Part shown: one piece after another, positions 36,132 through 48,283 of the stretch
Numbering within the stretch: the stretch's first letter is position 1
Layout of the letters: each line of letters opens with the position of its first letter
Notes under the pieces: generated by a model
Told to the model about the DNA's origin: nothing
Databases searched by the model: none
The model's input: only the letters and a program-made list of their open reading frames with translations
Made by a program: the position numbers and the translations under genes
Assembly: GCF_009914755.1 (NCBI RefSeq)
Contig: NC_060925.1
DNA length: 64,000 bases
DNA from: the human T2T-CHM13v2.0 reference genome, Homo sapiens
Direction: 5' to 3' (one strand)

Positions 36132-36960
36132 CTGCAGAGGAGGATGGGGGCGCATCACCTCTGGGAGGGAGTGGGAGGGACAGGAGGTCCCCCCACTGGG
36201 GGCCCCCACCCATAGAGGGAGGGGGTCAGTGTGGGGAGGGGCGGAGCAGGACACGATCTATGGACGTTTGGCTCACTTGTTAGGTTTTACGACTCTTAAA
36301 TTAATTTGTTTTAAAAAAAAGTAATTAATACTGGGGTAAAATAAAACGAGTTCATCAATGCCAGGAAAATCAATTTCCTAAATGTTCTGGCCGATGGCTT
36401 TTCAGTACATTAAACAAAGTTTCATAAATGTCTCCGCTCTCTCGCCTTGGCCTAATATGAAAGAGAAGTCATTTTACTGGAAGTAAGGCCAGATCCCAAC
36501 CTGCCTCCCAGGACAGGGAGCGGCAAGAACCGGGGACAGGTAGGGACGTGGGCCAGTGGGCAGCTGGGTGGGAGCCCAGGGGTGGGGAAGATGCTCTGGC
36601 CGGGGTCGGGGTGGGCCTGGCTGGAGGACCTCCCTTGACCCCACAAATGGATCCCCTGGGCAGATGAAGGGTCCACTACAAGCCTTCCTAGGACCTGGCC
36701 TCTTGGCCTCCCCACACCTTCCCAGGTGCTGAGGGTCCCTGACAACACAGCTCAGCCAGGGGCGCAGGTGTGTGGATGTGCCCCTGGCCTGTGACATAGG
36801 ACCTGGACACGTCCTCCAACCCCCTGGCCTCCTCCAGTCACTTGCAGTCACACAAGGTTGGGCCACCCGGGGAGGGCAGGAGTCCGGGCAGGGCCTGAGT
36901 GCAGCCTCCTTACTGTGGCCACCCCGGGCACACCAGGAAGCCTGGAGCCACCTCCCCACA

Positions 36961-38345
36961 GTGACATACACACACATTCTCACATATCAACACACACTCA
37001 CACACACAAACACACAGTCACATGCACATGATCCCATACAACACACACATGCATTCTCACACACACACACACGGTCACATGCACACAATCACATACAACA
37101 CACACATGCATTCTCAAACACACACACAGTGACATTCACACGATCACATACAACACACACATGCATTCTCAAACACACACACCCAACACGGTCACATTCA
37201 CACAATCACATACAACACACACATGCATTCTCAAACACACACACGGTCACATTCACACGATCACATACAACACACACATGCATTCTCAAACACACCTACA
37301 CAGTCACATGCACACACACACAAAACATACACATGCATTCTCATACTCTCACCCACAGTCACATGCATTCACAACACACACATCCATTCTCACACACACA
37401 CCCACAGTCACATGTACACAATCACATACAACACACACATGCATTCTCATACACTCTTACACAGTCACATGCAATCACATACAACACACATATGCATTCT
37501 CATACACTCTCACACACCCACAGTCGCATGCACTCATACGCCATCACATACACACTCACATAAACCCAGTTAATTACATGCACACAATCACATACAACAC
37601 ACACATGCATTCTCATACACTCTCACACACCCACATTCTCACAATCACCTATAACACACACGCATTCTCACACACACCCTACACAGTTACATGCACACAA
37701 TGACATACAACGCACACATGCATTCGCATACACTCACACACCTACACACAGTCACAACACACACATGCATTCTCATACACTCTCATATCCCCACGCACAG
37801 TCACATGCAATCACATAAAACACACACATACATTGACACCCACCCACCCCCACACACAGTCACATGCTCACAATCACATACAACACACACATACATTGAC
37901 ACCCACCCACCCCCACACACAGTCACATGCTCACAATCACATACAACACACATGTGCATTCTCATACTTTCACACCCACACACCCAATCACGTGCATACA
38001 ATCACATACAATACACACATGCCTTATTACACACTCTCACCCGCACATACGCACAGTCATATGCACACACATGCCATCACATACATAAACCCACACACGG
38101 TCACATGCACACAGTCACACACAACACACATGCAATCACACACACTCTACACACCCAGTCATGTGCTCACAATCACACACACAATCACACACACTCTCAC
38201 ATACATCCAGACACGCAGTCACATAAAACTCATATACTTGCTCACCCCCACACAGTCACATGCAGACTCTCACATAAAACACACATACCCAGACACAACA
38301 CACACACTCATACAGACTCACAGACACCACACACTCACACACCTC
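36961..38345. repeat. ~1.4-kb CA-rich degenerate tandem repeat (unit ~50-60 nt) in intron 5
   Basis: Recurrent cacagtcacatgcacacaatcacatacaacacacacatgcattctca. Confidence 0.92.
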
Positions 38346-40673
38346 ACAGACTCTTGCGCTCACACTCGGGCTCACCAGCTCCCATCCCTAGCCGCCTTCC
38401 TGCCTCTGCAGACATACAGGTACACAACCCCCTGAACCCCTGCCCTGGGTCTCTCGGAATGAGGGAGAAGGCGGTCAGTCCCAGGCTAATTCTGAGCTGT
38501 TCTTGCGGACCCACCTCTTCCGCACATGCCCCACCCCATGGCCGAGCCGTGACCCCAGTGCACACGCACACCTGCCCCTTCACTGCCCGTGTGCTACATG
38601 CCTCCCGTGTGCCATGCCCTGCATCAGGGTTAGGTGCACCCGCGAGACTGAGACCTGCACGGCCCCCGGGGACACCATGTTCTCTCTGCTCATGTGCAAG
38701 CCAGCCACGTGGGCACACTTGGGGCGGCAGGACCCCAGGCTGACTACACAGCCAAGGGAAGGCGTGGCTGGGGGGTCTCCTCCCAGGCGAACCTGCCAGG
38801 TCTGGGATCCTCAGAGACACCTGGGATGGGGGTCTAGAGGGGCAGGACTGGGCCTGGGGAGGGGAGGACACCTGGCGGGATGTGGAAGGAGAGGCTGTGG
38901 GCTCCGGGGAGGGCCTGGGACCCGGCTAGGGGAGGAGAGGACAGTCACAGGCAGCCACCTGGCACCCAGGGTGCACAGAGGGACTCAAGAAACCAAAAGA
39001 CAGCTGTTCCCCTGGGGCGGGGCTGGCGGGTCAGCCGCTGTCCTGACCTCAAGCTACACAGGGTTGGGGGGCCCAGCTAGGGAGGAGTGGGCTCTGGCTG
39101 CTGGATTCAGTGGCTCAGGGACCAGGGAAAGGGGCTAAAAATAGCTGGAGGCAGCTGAGCCCTCGCTATATATGGCAGAGAAACAGGCTTCGAAGGGCAG
39201 GCAGCTTGCACAGGGAGGGGACCAGGCAGGGGTCCCTGAGGGGGCCCACAGGCCTGCATGGCCGAGCCCAGGGCCCAGAGAAGGTGGCTTGGGGGCCGAG
39301 CCCACAGAGGCAGCCAAGGCTCCGCTGTCTGTGTCCTCCAGCGCTCAGCGCTGAGTAGGCAGTCCCAGTGTCGGGCTGAGGGGGCGAGGCCTGGATCCCT
39401 GAGGCCATTGGCAGTTCCAGGCCCGCCTCTGCCAGCCCCGCTCTCCACTCCTCTGGGGGAAGGAGGCAGGGGCTGAGGCCCACTCCGCTCCCCGTCAGCT
39501 GCGGGCAGAGCTGGCCTGGGTGGGGGTGTGGAGGGGACGGTGGCCCTTGTCGCGTTCCTCTCCTCTCCTCTCCTCAGGCCCAGCACAATCACCTTGTGTC
39601 TGGCAACGGCAAGGGCTTTTCCTATCAGAGGAAACTGAAGGTCACACTTTTCCTCATTGATCTCGCAATGTTTGTTAATTACTCTGTCACTGATGTGGCG
39701 AAGGATAATTAAACAGCTCTGTTTATATCTTACATGCATAATTATGTGGCTGCGCAGGGCTCCCCGCACGGGGAGGAGATGCACCCCTTGCTGCAGGGGA
39801 AGGGCTAGGGGAGCGGGCAGGGGAGGCGCAGGGCACCGGGCACAAGGCTGGGAAGGAGGCCGGGGGCAGAGAGAAGGCCCAGACCTGGGGGCTGTGGTCC
39901 TGGCGACCCCCTTGCCTGCTGGAACCCCCGGCCCACCCTCCCCTGAGCAGAAGGCGCGCAGGGCTGCTCTCGATCCCCAGGACATGGACATGGAGACACC
40001 AGCAGAGCAGGGCCTCAGTGCCTCGTGGGAGAGAGGTCAGCCAGGGGACCGTGGCCGGGGCAGCTGGCTGTAAGAGGATACGCTGGCCGGGCTGGCAATC
40101 CATGTGGCCCTGAGACGTCCTGCTGGGAGGGCCAGGGACAGCGGTGTAGGGAAGGAAGAGGAGGCCAAGGGGAGTGGCAGGAGAACAAAGCTTGTCCTGG
40201 GCTCCTCCGAGAAAGCTCCGTAAGTAGCAGAATGTGCAGACAGCAGGCTCACAGGCTCATGCCGTTGACCGCTGCGCCCCTCTTGTGCCAGGTACTGTGC
40301 CCGGTAAGCTCAGGCCTCACAGGTGTGTGTAAAGAGTCACCTGCCCACCATCTGTCCAGCCATCTATCCCATCCGTCTGTCTATCCACCCACCCGTCTAT
40401 CCCTCCCTCCCTCCCTCCCCACCTGTCCACCCCTCTGCCTGTGGTTTCTTGAAGACCCACTGTGTGTGGGGCAGCTGCAGCCCTTCCCTTCTCACCTGGG
40501 GTGCCCCTCCCCGTCCTAGTCTCTCCCACTCCAGGAGCCCTCCCTGGGTGGGATGAGGGGCCGGTATTTAGAGCAGGAGTGAGGAGTCGGGTGTGCTTAC
40601 CAGACACACTGCCCCTTCCCCACTGGCCTCCCTGTCCTGGCCTTCAGCCTCCCTTCGAAGGCCAGGCACCCAC

Positions 40674-41162
40674 CTGAAGCCTGCCTGGTGCTGGGGCCGC
40701 TGTCCTCCTTGGAGGCTGCCCCGTCCGAATCCTTCTCCTCCAGGGCACCGCCGTCCTTGGAGGGCTCCTCCGCGTGGTCTTCCTCATCGCTGCACCCCTG
40801 GGGCTGCACCATGTAGACACCCTCGGGAGGCAGCTCCAGGCCCTCGCGGGCAATCCGCCCCAACACGGGTGTGGGTGCCGGCTCCTCGCTGTACTCCCCG
40901 TTCACCCACTTCTCGATCACTGCCCGTCTCTTGTCTTCCTCGCTGCGGGGGGCCCGGGCTGCCCCAGACTCAGGGCCACTGCGCTCTTGGTCCCGGGGCT
41001 GCAATGGGCTGCCCTCCGTGTGGGAGCCGGCGTCAGCTCGCTTCTCCACCACCACCTGGCGGCTCAGCTTGGCGCAGATGGCGTTCAGCTTCAGGCCACC
41101 CTTGCGTTTGGGCGCCATGGCGGGCTTGCCTGCAGGCGGGTCCGTGCACCGGGTGCCCTCAG
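40674..41162 (-). CDS. CASZ1: CASZ1 exon 5 (489 nt), N-terminal basic NLS/NuRD-binding region; annotated Met1 lies upstream, outside the window
   Basis: ctgcag|CT GAG GGC...TCA G|gtgggt; [35 protein letters not shown]. Confidence 0.95.
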
Positions 41163-41304
41163 CTGCAGGGATGGAGGAGAGCACGGAGGTCAGAGGCGTG
41201 CAAGGCCAAGAACAACCCACCCTCCCGAACAGCCCTGCATCCCCCAAGCTGCAGGCCTCCCCCATTGACCACAGTGCCATCAAACTGCCCTGAGACTGCC
41301 TGGC

Positions 41305-41445
41305 ATGTGTCTATCTCCCCCACTAGTCTATGAGCTCCGTGGCCATGCTTGAGAATCACTCTACTTTCTGAGCCTGGCAGGGTGCCTGGCACAGAGTAGG
41401 TAGTTCAAGAACTAGTCTGTAAATGAACAAATGAATGAATGAATG
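41305..41445 (+). mobile_element. LINE-2 3'-end fragment
   Basis: ctcccccactag...gtgcctggcacagagtagg...tgaatgaatgaatg is the typical L2 terminus. Confidence 0.7.
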
Positions 41446-44400
41446 CCTCTTCAACTACAAGGGGCGCCCAGGTCCTGGAGGCATTTCCTAGGCTTGCTGG
41501 GCCCTGGGAGGGGGTGTGCCCTTTGACACACAAGGAAACTGAGGCCCAGGGAGGTTAAGGAGCCGGCTATGCGGTCAGGCTGTCAAGGGACAGCGTGGCA
41601 TTCCTGGCAGCTTGTTCCGCTTGGGAGCGTCCTGCCTTACCACACGTTCCTGGGGAGGAGTCACAGAGAGCCAGGGACCAGCTTGTGCCAGCCTCTTGCC
41701 TCACTGTCCCGGCAGCACTTGGCTGGCACCCTCCCACCCGAGCACGTCAGCCCCTGGCGGCTCCTCTGCCAGGCCAGGTCCCTGGGCCCTACCTGACTCC
41801 AACCCTGCTCAGCAGAGAGCAGAGATCTCCTTTTCTCCCAGCCACTCAGGACCCTCCCGAAGGCCTCCGTGTTCCTCAGTCTCCTCCCTGCCTCAGGGTC
41901 TTCTCCAGCCCTTGCCAGCCCCCTCTTGGCCTCTCTGTCCATTTCCTGTTGCCACTCCCTTCCCCAAGCCTCAGTCAGAGCCATCCAAGTGGAGTTCCTC
42001 ATGGCACTTCCTAGGGCCACTTGTCCCTATCCTAGGACCTTGCTCCCCAGCCTCGGCCAGCCTCTGCAGCCCCGGAAGGCCTGGCCAGCCCACTTCCCAG
42101 CCCCCAGGAGCTCCAGCAGGTGCAGGGTGGGATCGCTTAGGTCCCTCACGGAACGCCCCGAAGCGCCGGTCACAGCACCTAATCCCCGAATGTGACAGCC
42201 CGACACACACAGCCGGAAGGAAGCCCTCATGAGGCGACTTGAGAGCCAGCGACCTCCCTCGCGGCCGCATAGCCCAAACTCTGTCCCTGATAGGGCACCG
42301 AGGGTCCTGGGGGGGCATACGGCAAGCCCACCCACCACACAGCCTGGGACCTGCCACAAAGGCTGGCGAGGGTGGACACACACACACGCACACACACGCG
42401 TGCACACACAGCGCAGCCACATGGAACTGTCTGTCTGTCCGTCCATTTAGTGAGCTCCTTCTGTGGGCCAGACCCTGTGGTGGGGCTTGGGGACAGCGCA
42501 GTGGCCACAGCAGCAGGGGCTCGGCTCACACTCACTGTGTACAAAACAAAATGTGCCTCTCCATGGCCCTCACGGGAGGAATGGGCGTGTCAGAGTCTCC
42601 ACATAGGCGGGAAGGCTGAGGGCAGGGCCCCCCGGCTCCATGGTCAGAAGGGGCTTCACTCTAATGATCACCCCCTGCCAACTTTCCACATGCCAGGAAA
42701 CCCGATGAGAGGCCTACCCAGGCGGGAATGGCAATACCTGGGTCCACCCAGGGGCCGCATCCCTGAGGTGGACTTGACTCATACGCACAGATAACCGTCC
42801 CCTGATAGACACAGTGCCTGGCCGTCCCAGCCAGATCCTTCCCTTGTAGCCAGTGGCCAGTACGGATGGCTCACTTGGCCCAGACGAGACAGGGTGACTC
42901 TAGCCCAGCCAGGCCCACTGCCAGAGAAGGGTCTTCTCAGCCCACTCCCAGGCCTTCCAGTCCTGTGACCCTGGCTTCAGGGCCTTAGACACTTGCCCAA
43001 GCCGATGCCCACTCTACCCAGGTTCGTCCACATCTCCAAGTCTGTGCCACCCACACCCAAGACCCCAAGCACGATGCGGGGCCCCTCTCGAAGTTCTGAG
43101 ACGGGGCCTCCTCTTCACAGCATCCCACTCGACCTCGGAGCTGCCCAGCAGGTTCTGTGACGCCGGGTGTCCTCCAACAGGCCTCCGGGGAAGCGGGCCT
43201 CACCTGGTCCCCTCATCCCTTGCCCTGGATGGGGAAGGGAAGGGGGGAGTGGGGGAGCCTGCACTATTTTTACCAGGAGGTAAGCAGCCAAGTGTGGATG
43301 GCAGACAGCAAATGAATCTGTAAATATTTATCCTAAGGAAGAGGGAAGCAGAAGCTCCCAGGGCCGCACTTGCTGCTGGTGACGCCCCCTCCCCGGGCCC
43401 CCACCCATCCTGGAGCCTCCCCGCACTTTGGCCCACCCAGCCCAGCCCACCTTCTCCCCATCTCGGCTGTGTGCCTGGCTCAGTCCCTGCCCGGGCCCCC
43501 ACCAGCTGCGGTGCAGCTGTGTACCCAGGACCCGCCCCCAGCCCCAGGCCCCTTTGCTCCTGCCGACTCCCCCGGCACCTGCCCTCCAGCTGCCGCGCTG
43601 CCCCAGCCCACCTGCCTTCCAGATGCTGCCCTCCCTCTCCCTCTCTTGCTGGTCCCAGGGGTGGAGGTGGGAGGCGTGTGGGCCGGGGACACAGGGGCAG
43701 GAGGCAGAGGTAGGGCTTAGGTTTGTAAGTGCGAGCGCGTGTGAGGCTGGGCGGCGGGAACAGGGGTGCGTTGGAGCTGAGGTCTAAGCTTTCCGCCGCC
43801 TTCCGGCCCAGGGCCCTGGGATCCATAGACGATCCGCCCCCCACCCCGCTGTGGTCTGACCCCAGACTCCTGTCCATGTAAACATTCCTCTGACTTTCTT
43901 CCCTAAAATATAAACGCCGTGGCCAGGCCTCAATGGAAGGAAGCCATCCGTCCCCGGCCCTGTCACTGCCCCTTTCATCTCCTTCCCGCCACCAGCCTGC
44001 CCGCTGCTCTATTTACACTGGACACTTCCTCTGGGAACAATACTGCCCAGGAGGCAGGCTTGGGCCAGAGGGTGGGAAGGCGAGGGGACTCCTGCTCTGC
44101 TTCCCCAGAGACGGGAGAGGCGAGGGGAGGGGCTGCCGAGGTGGGCTGGGCCGGGGCCTGGGACCCACACACAGTCAGAGCCCACTCTCTGCTGGTGGCG
44201 GTGCTCTTGGCCTCCAGCCTCTGGCCCCACGGGCTCTGGCGCAGCACCAGGGTATGGCCTAGCCTCTGGGGTCAGGGAGTTGGGAGCTCACGGCGGAGCT
44301 CTGCCCTGCGCTAGCTCTGGCCCTGGGCAAGATTTTTCCCTGTAGAAAGGCGGCCAGGCTGTTAGGTGAGAGAGGGCACCTGTCTGTGCCAAGCACAGGG

Positions 44401-47400
44401 CCTAGCAGGGATGAACCTGGGAAAAAGCAGCTGAGCCCTGGGAGGGCCACCAGGCAGATGTGGTGCCACACGTGAGCTTGAGATTCCAAGGCTGAGAAAC
44501 CTTACCTGGCCTGGAAGAGGCAGGGGACAGAGAAGAGGCCAGAGGTCTGGGGCAGGGGCGGGCTGGCCTCTCAGCCCCTCCTCGGATTCCTAGGTTCGGG
44601 ACCTTCCCTCTCAGGGCGCCACGAGCAGCAGGTCTCCCCGCAGGTCTCTGAGCTGAGGAGACCCTGCACAGGGTTGGGGAAAACGGGCATGGACTGGACC
44701 GTCCACCTTTCCGGGCACTAAGGCATGACTTGTAACGGCCCAGCGGAGCCGGCACTGTCATTGTCCCATTTCATAGAGGAGGAGGCTGTAGACACTCCAG
44801 AGCCCAAGCTCACCCTGGCCAGGAGCTCCCGAAGGCTGGGACTTGGCCCCATCCCCATTAGGGCCCCTAAGCCGGCCCTAGGAAATCCCAGGCCTCTCTG
44901 CGGGGACTCCTTCCCCTGCCCCGTCCCCTCCTCACCCTCGCTTCCTGTTCCCATAACACGGAGCCCCTTAAAGTGTTAACTGCGATGGGTAAAATGGTGC
45001 AGCAGATTGCTACAATAAATAATTTACTGATATTTATAAATATTCAAATCAGCCGGCTTCAGAAATCAAATGAAGGGAGGGCCTCGGGAGAAGGCCCCGT
45101 TATGGCATGAATCTCATCACCCCCTCCGTAGGCGGGGGCAGGCCAGGGCTCCTGCCAGCTCTGGGTGAGAGGGGCGTTCCTGTAGCTGCACCGCATCCCC
45201 AGTCCCCTGATCTCACTGCTCTCTGGAGGTAGCCTGCTCACCTGGTCAGGGCCAGGCCCCCTCCCGCAGGCATCCTGGGTTCAAGGGGAGGAGAGGCTGC
45301 AGTGCCCACCGCCCATGGCCCTGGGTCTCAGAGTTGCTTGTCCTGCCTCAACGGTGGGTGGGTGGGGGTCTGTCCCAGGGGGCCGGGCAGGCCTGGCAGC
45401 CCCTCCCCAGCCGTGAGTAATGTGTTCTGGGGCCGGGCTGCCTGTCAGCTCCCAGGCTCCGGGTGCTTTATGGGCTCTGCTTGGTGGCTCTGAACTCCCT
45501 GGTAGGAAATAAAGTTCTCCCTGCGCGTCCCTTCTAAACATTTCACTCAGTGGAAACGGTGTTCAAGAAAAATGAGGACATATTTCTTCCTAAGGATGCA
45601 GTATCCCCTTTGGGCGGCCTAATGCCCGCTGTATATCAGGAGGTGGGGAGGCAGGGGCCAGGAACCAGACCCCTGGGTTGGGGGTGGGCTGGGGCCCTGC
45701 CTTCCCACTGCCAGGCAGCTCGGGGGCCACTCTGGTAGCTGCCCTGGGCCATGGTGTCTGGGGCCATAGAGCAGCTGGCATCCTCTGAGCACCTCGTCTG
45801 TGCTGGGTGCCTTACAGTGCCACCTTGGTGATGCCCCCAGGATCTCCACATGGTCGGCTGTCCTGTCCATTCCCACATAAGGAAGCAAAGGCCGCGAGGC
45901 TGGTAGCTGCCCACAGTCAGTGCTGGAGCCCAACTGCCACCAGGCTCAGATGCCCAAGGTCATAATCTTCAACCCCACCTGTGTCCCCCACAGCCTCCCG
46001 CCTAGGCATCCTGGAGTCAGGGGCGGGCGGCTGCCGGGGCTTCCACCCTGCCATTTACTTCCGAACTTGCAGCTCACAGGCCACAAGCCCCAGTTTTGGG
46101 GTGCTGTGCTGGTGTCCTTTCAACAACCTCTCTCTTGAGTACCGTGTACAGACCAGACCCTGGGCTGACTCCTCAGGCTATGATGTGGGCACACAGGCAG
46201 CCCTGGCTCCTGTGCCGCGGATCCTCAGTTCAGACTTGGGAATGAACACTTCAAAGCCAGTACAAGAGCCATCTCTGTAGTGGGCATCAGAGGTGCCACA
46301 GGAGTGGCAGGTCTGGAGGCCAGCAAGGGCCAGGAAGGGCCCAGGCATCTACCCCTCCTCCCTCCTCTACCTCACAGCCCATTTCCGCCTGAACGGTTCC
46401 TTCCCCATCCTTCAGCTGTGACCCCTCCCCCACCAGCCAGGACCCGTCCCCTCCATCCCCTCCGAGAAGGGAGTCCTTCCCTCTTGGACCCAATTCTATC
46501 CCCAGCTCCAAACAGAAGGGCCTCTAAGTTCTGTGGGAGGAATGGTTGCTGCTCCCTAGGGGTTCAGCCAGGGCCCGAGGGGTTCAGCCGGGTCCCCTGG
46601 CCCTCAACAGCTCCAACTTGGGTGGGGGGCATGCTTGGCCACTGGGCCCTAGCTTGCCCCACTTTGTTTATTTATTTATTATGATTTTTTTAGTCCAGTT
46701 AAAAGGTTCGCTATCCAGACGCGTCTAAGTGGCCTCACTTAGCGTAAGTAACTCTATAAATCAGGGGAACTGTTAGCATCCACCGCACAGGCTGGCTATC
46801 AATCTCCCCCAGGTCACAGCCAAACAGGAAGGGGAGAAAAAAGAGAGTTACCACCCAGGGGAGATTTAAAACACACACACTGAGCAAACGCGCACAGACC
46901 GCGTGCATGCCTGTGCGCGCGCACACACGCTCGGATGCCTGTGTTTGTACAATCCCGTTATATTCACATGTGCACATGTGGAATCTCAGAGTGCTGCGTG
47001 TGGTCGTGGTAACAGAACACAAACATGGCTCCTGCAGCCATGAGGGGAGACAGATGTGAGGGAAGGGGCTTCGGGTGAGCCTAGGACCCCCAGGGCTGGG
47101 CTGACTCTCAGTGCCTGAGCTGCCCTGCTCCGGGCAAGTGTCTCTGGAGGGCAGTGGAAGGGGTCTGATTGGTCCCCTCCCCTCTCTGTGGCCCCCACCT
47201 CTGCCAAACCCAAAGGGCCCAAGCTTTTCCCTTTCCCAGCCCCAGGTGGGCACTTGGCAGGGGGGTGGAGCCTGGAAAAGGAGGCAGGAGGCTGTAAGCT
47301 GTGGGCCACCGCAGCGGAGCATGATGTCACCTCGGGTCCTTACTCGCTATGCCCGAGGCTGGCACACCCCAGATGCGGCACTGGGCTCAGGAAAGGCAGC

Positions 47401-48076
47401 ATCATCTAAATGGGTGGCCAAATGCCATGCAGTGCACTGGAGGGTGCGAGGCTAGGATGATGGCAGAAACACCCTGCCTTTTCACGGGAGCAGGTGTGGC
47501 TGGCTGGGTGTCCACACAGCCTGGACTGCCCTGGAGAGGCCCCAGACCTAGACAGCCCCACAAGCTGTGCCATGCCAGAGACCGGAGTGGGAGAGGCGGC
47601 TCCTGGCATCTGCTCTAGGTCCCAGAGACGGACATGGGCAAGGCAGCCCGAGGTGGGGGACCTGCCCAGGCCACCTCCTTTCCCTGCTTGCCCGAGAGGC
47701 CTCCCCGGCTCACCCGCCCGCCGCATCTCCCCATGAACTCTATTTCTCTTTCCTCTCTGAAAACAACTGAGCTGTAAATACTGTTTAACCTTCTCCCCCC
47801 TCCCCCCGCCACCCCCTCCCCTCCGCACTATAAAAACACAAATATGCCATAACTCAGCCGCCCGGCCGCCCAGCCTCCAACATGCCCCGCGCCCGGGCCT
47901 CTCAGGAAGGTCATTACAAACGACTTTCCGATTCACTGCTCCTGAAATAATTTTGTGTATTAAAACCTGAATCTGCACTTTCTGGGGCCGAAAGCCTCGC
48001 TTAATTATGGCGGGTGTCCTTGGGACGGACAGTGATCCTTCACTCGCCAGCCCGCGCTCCAGCCCTCCGCCCGCCG

Positions 48077-48283
48077 GCCCGCCCCCCTCCCCGGGCCCAA
48101 TCTGTTTTCAAAGTGTGTCTGTCCTTTATTAAATTGTTTTCTTTTCCACATTATCAGTTGCCATGGAGACCTCATCTCTCGGATTATTTGAATTTCATTA
48201 TATCTATTGATTTGGGAGCATTTCATCTTTTTTATTGTTTTTCTGTCAATTTTCAAAACGAATAACCATCTAATTTGCGTCAG
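48077..48283. promoter_or_regulatory. Probable ultraconserved element uc.2 (boundaries approximate)
   Basis: Non-repetitive AT-rich block in CASZ1 intron 4; position and sequence agree with my recollection of uc.2; conservation is not verifiable here. Confidence 0.6.

Noticed and set aside
36129-36134. NAGNAG acceptors at CASZ1 exon 6 and PEX14 exon 9
   Set aside because: The second triplet is GAG, which is rarely used.
36772-38743. His/Thr-rich ORFs up to 350 aa
   Set aside because: Translation artefacts of the CA-rich repeat.
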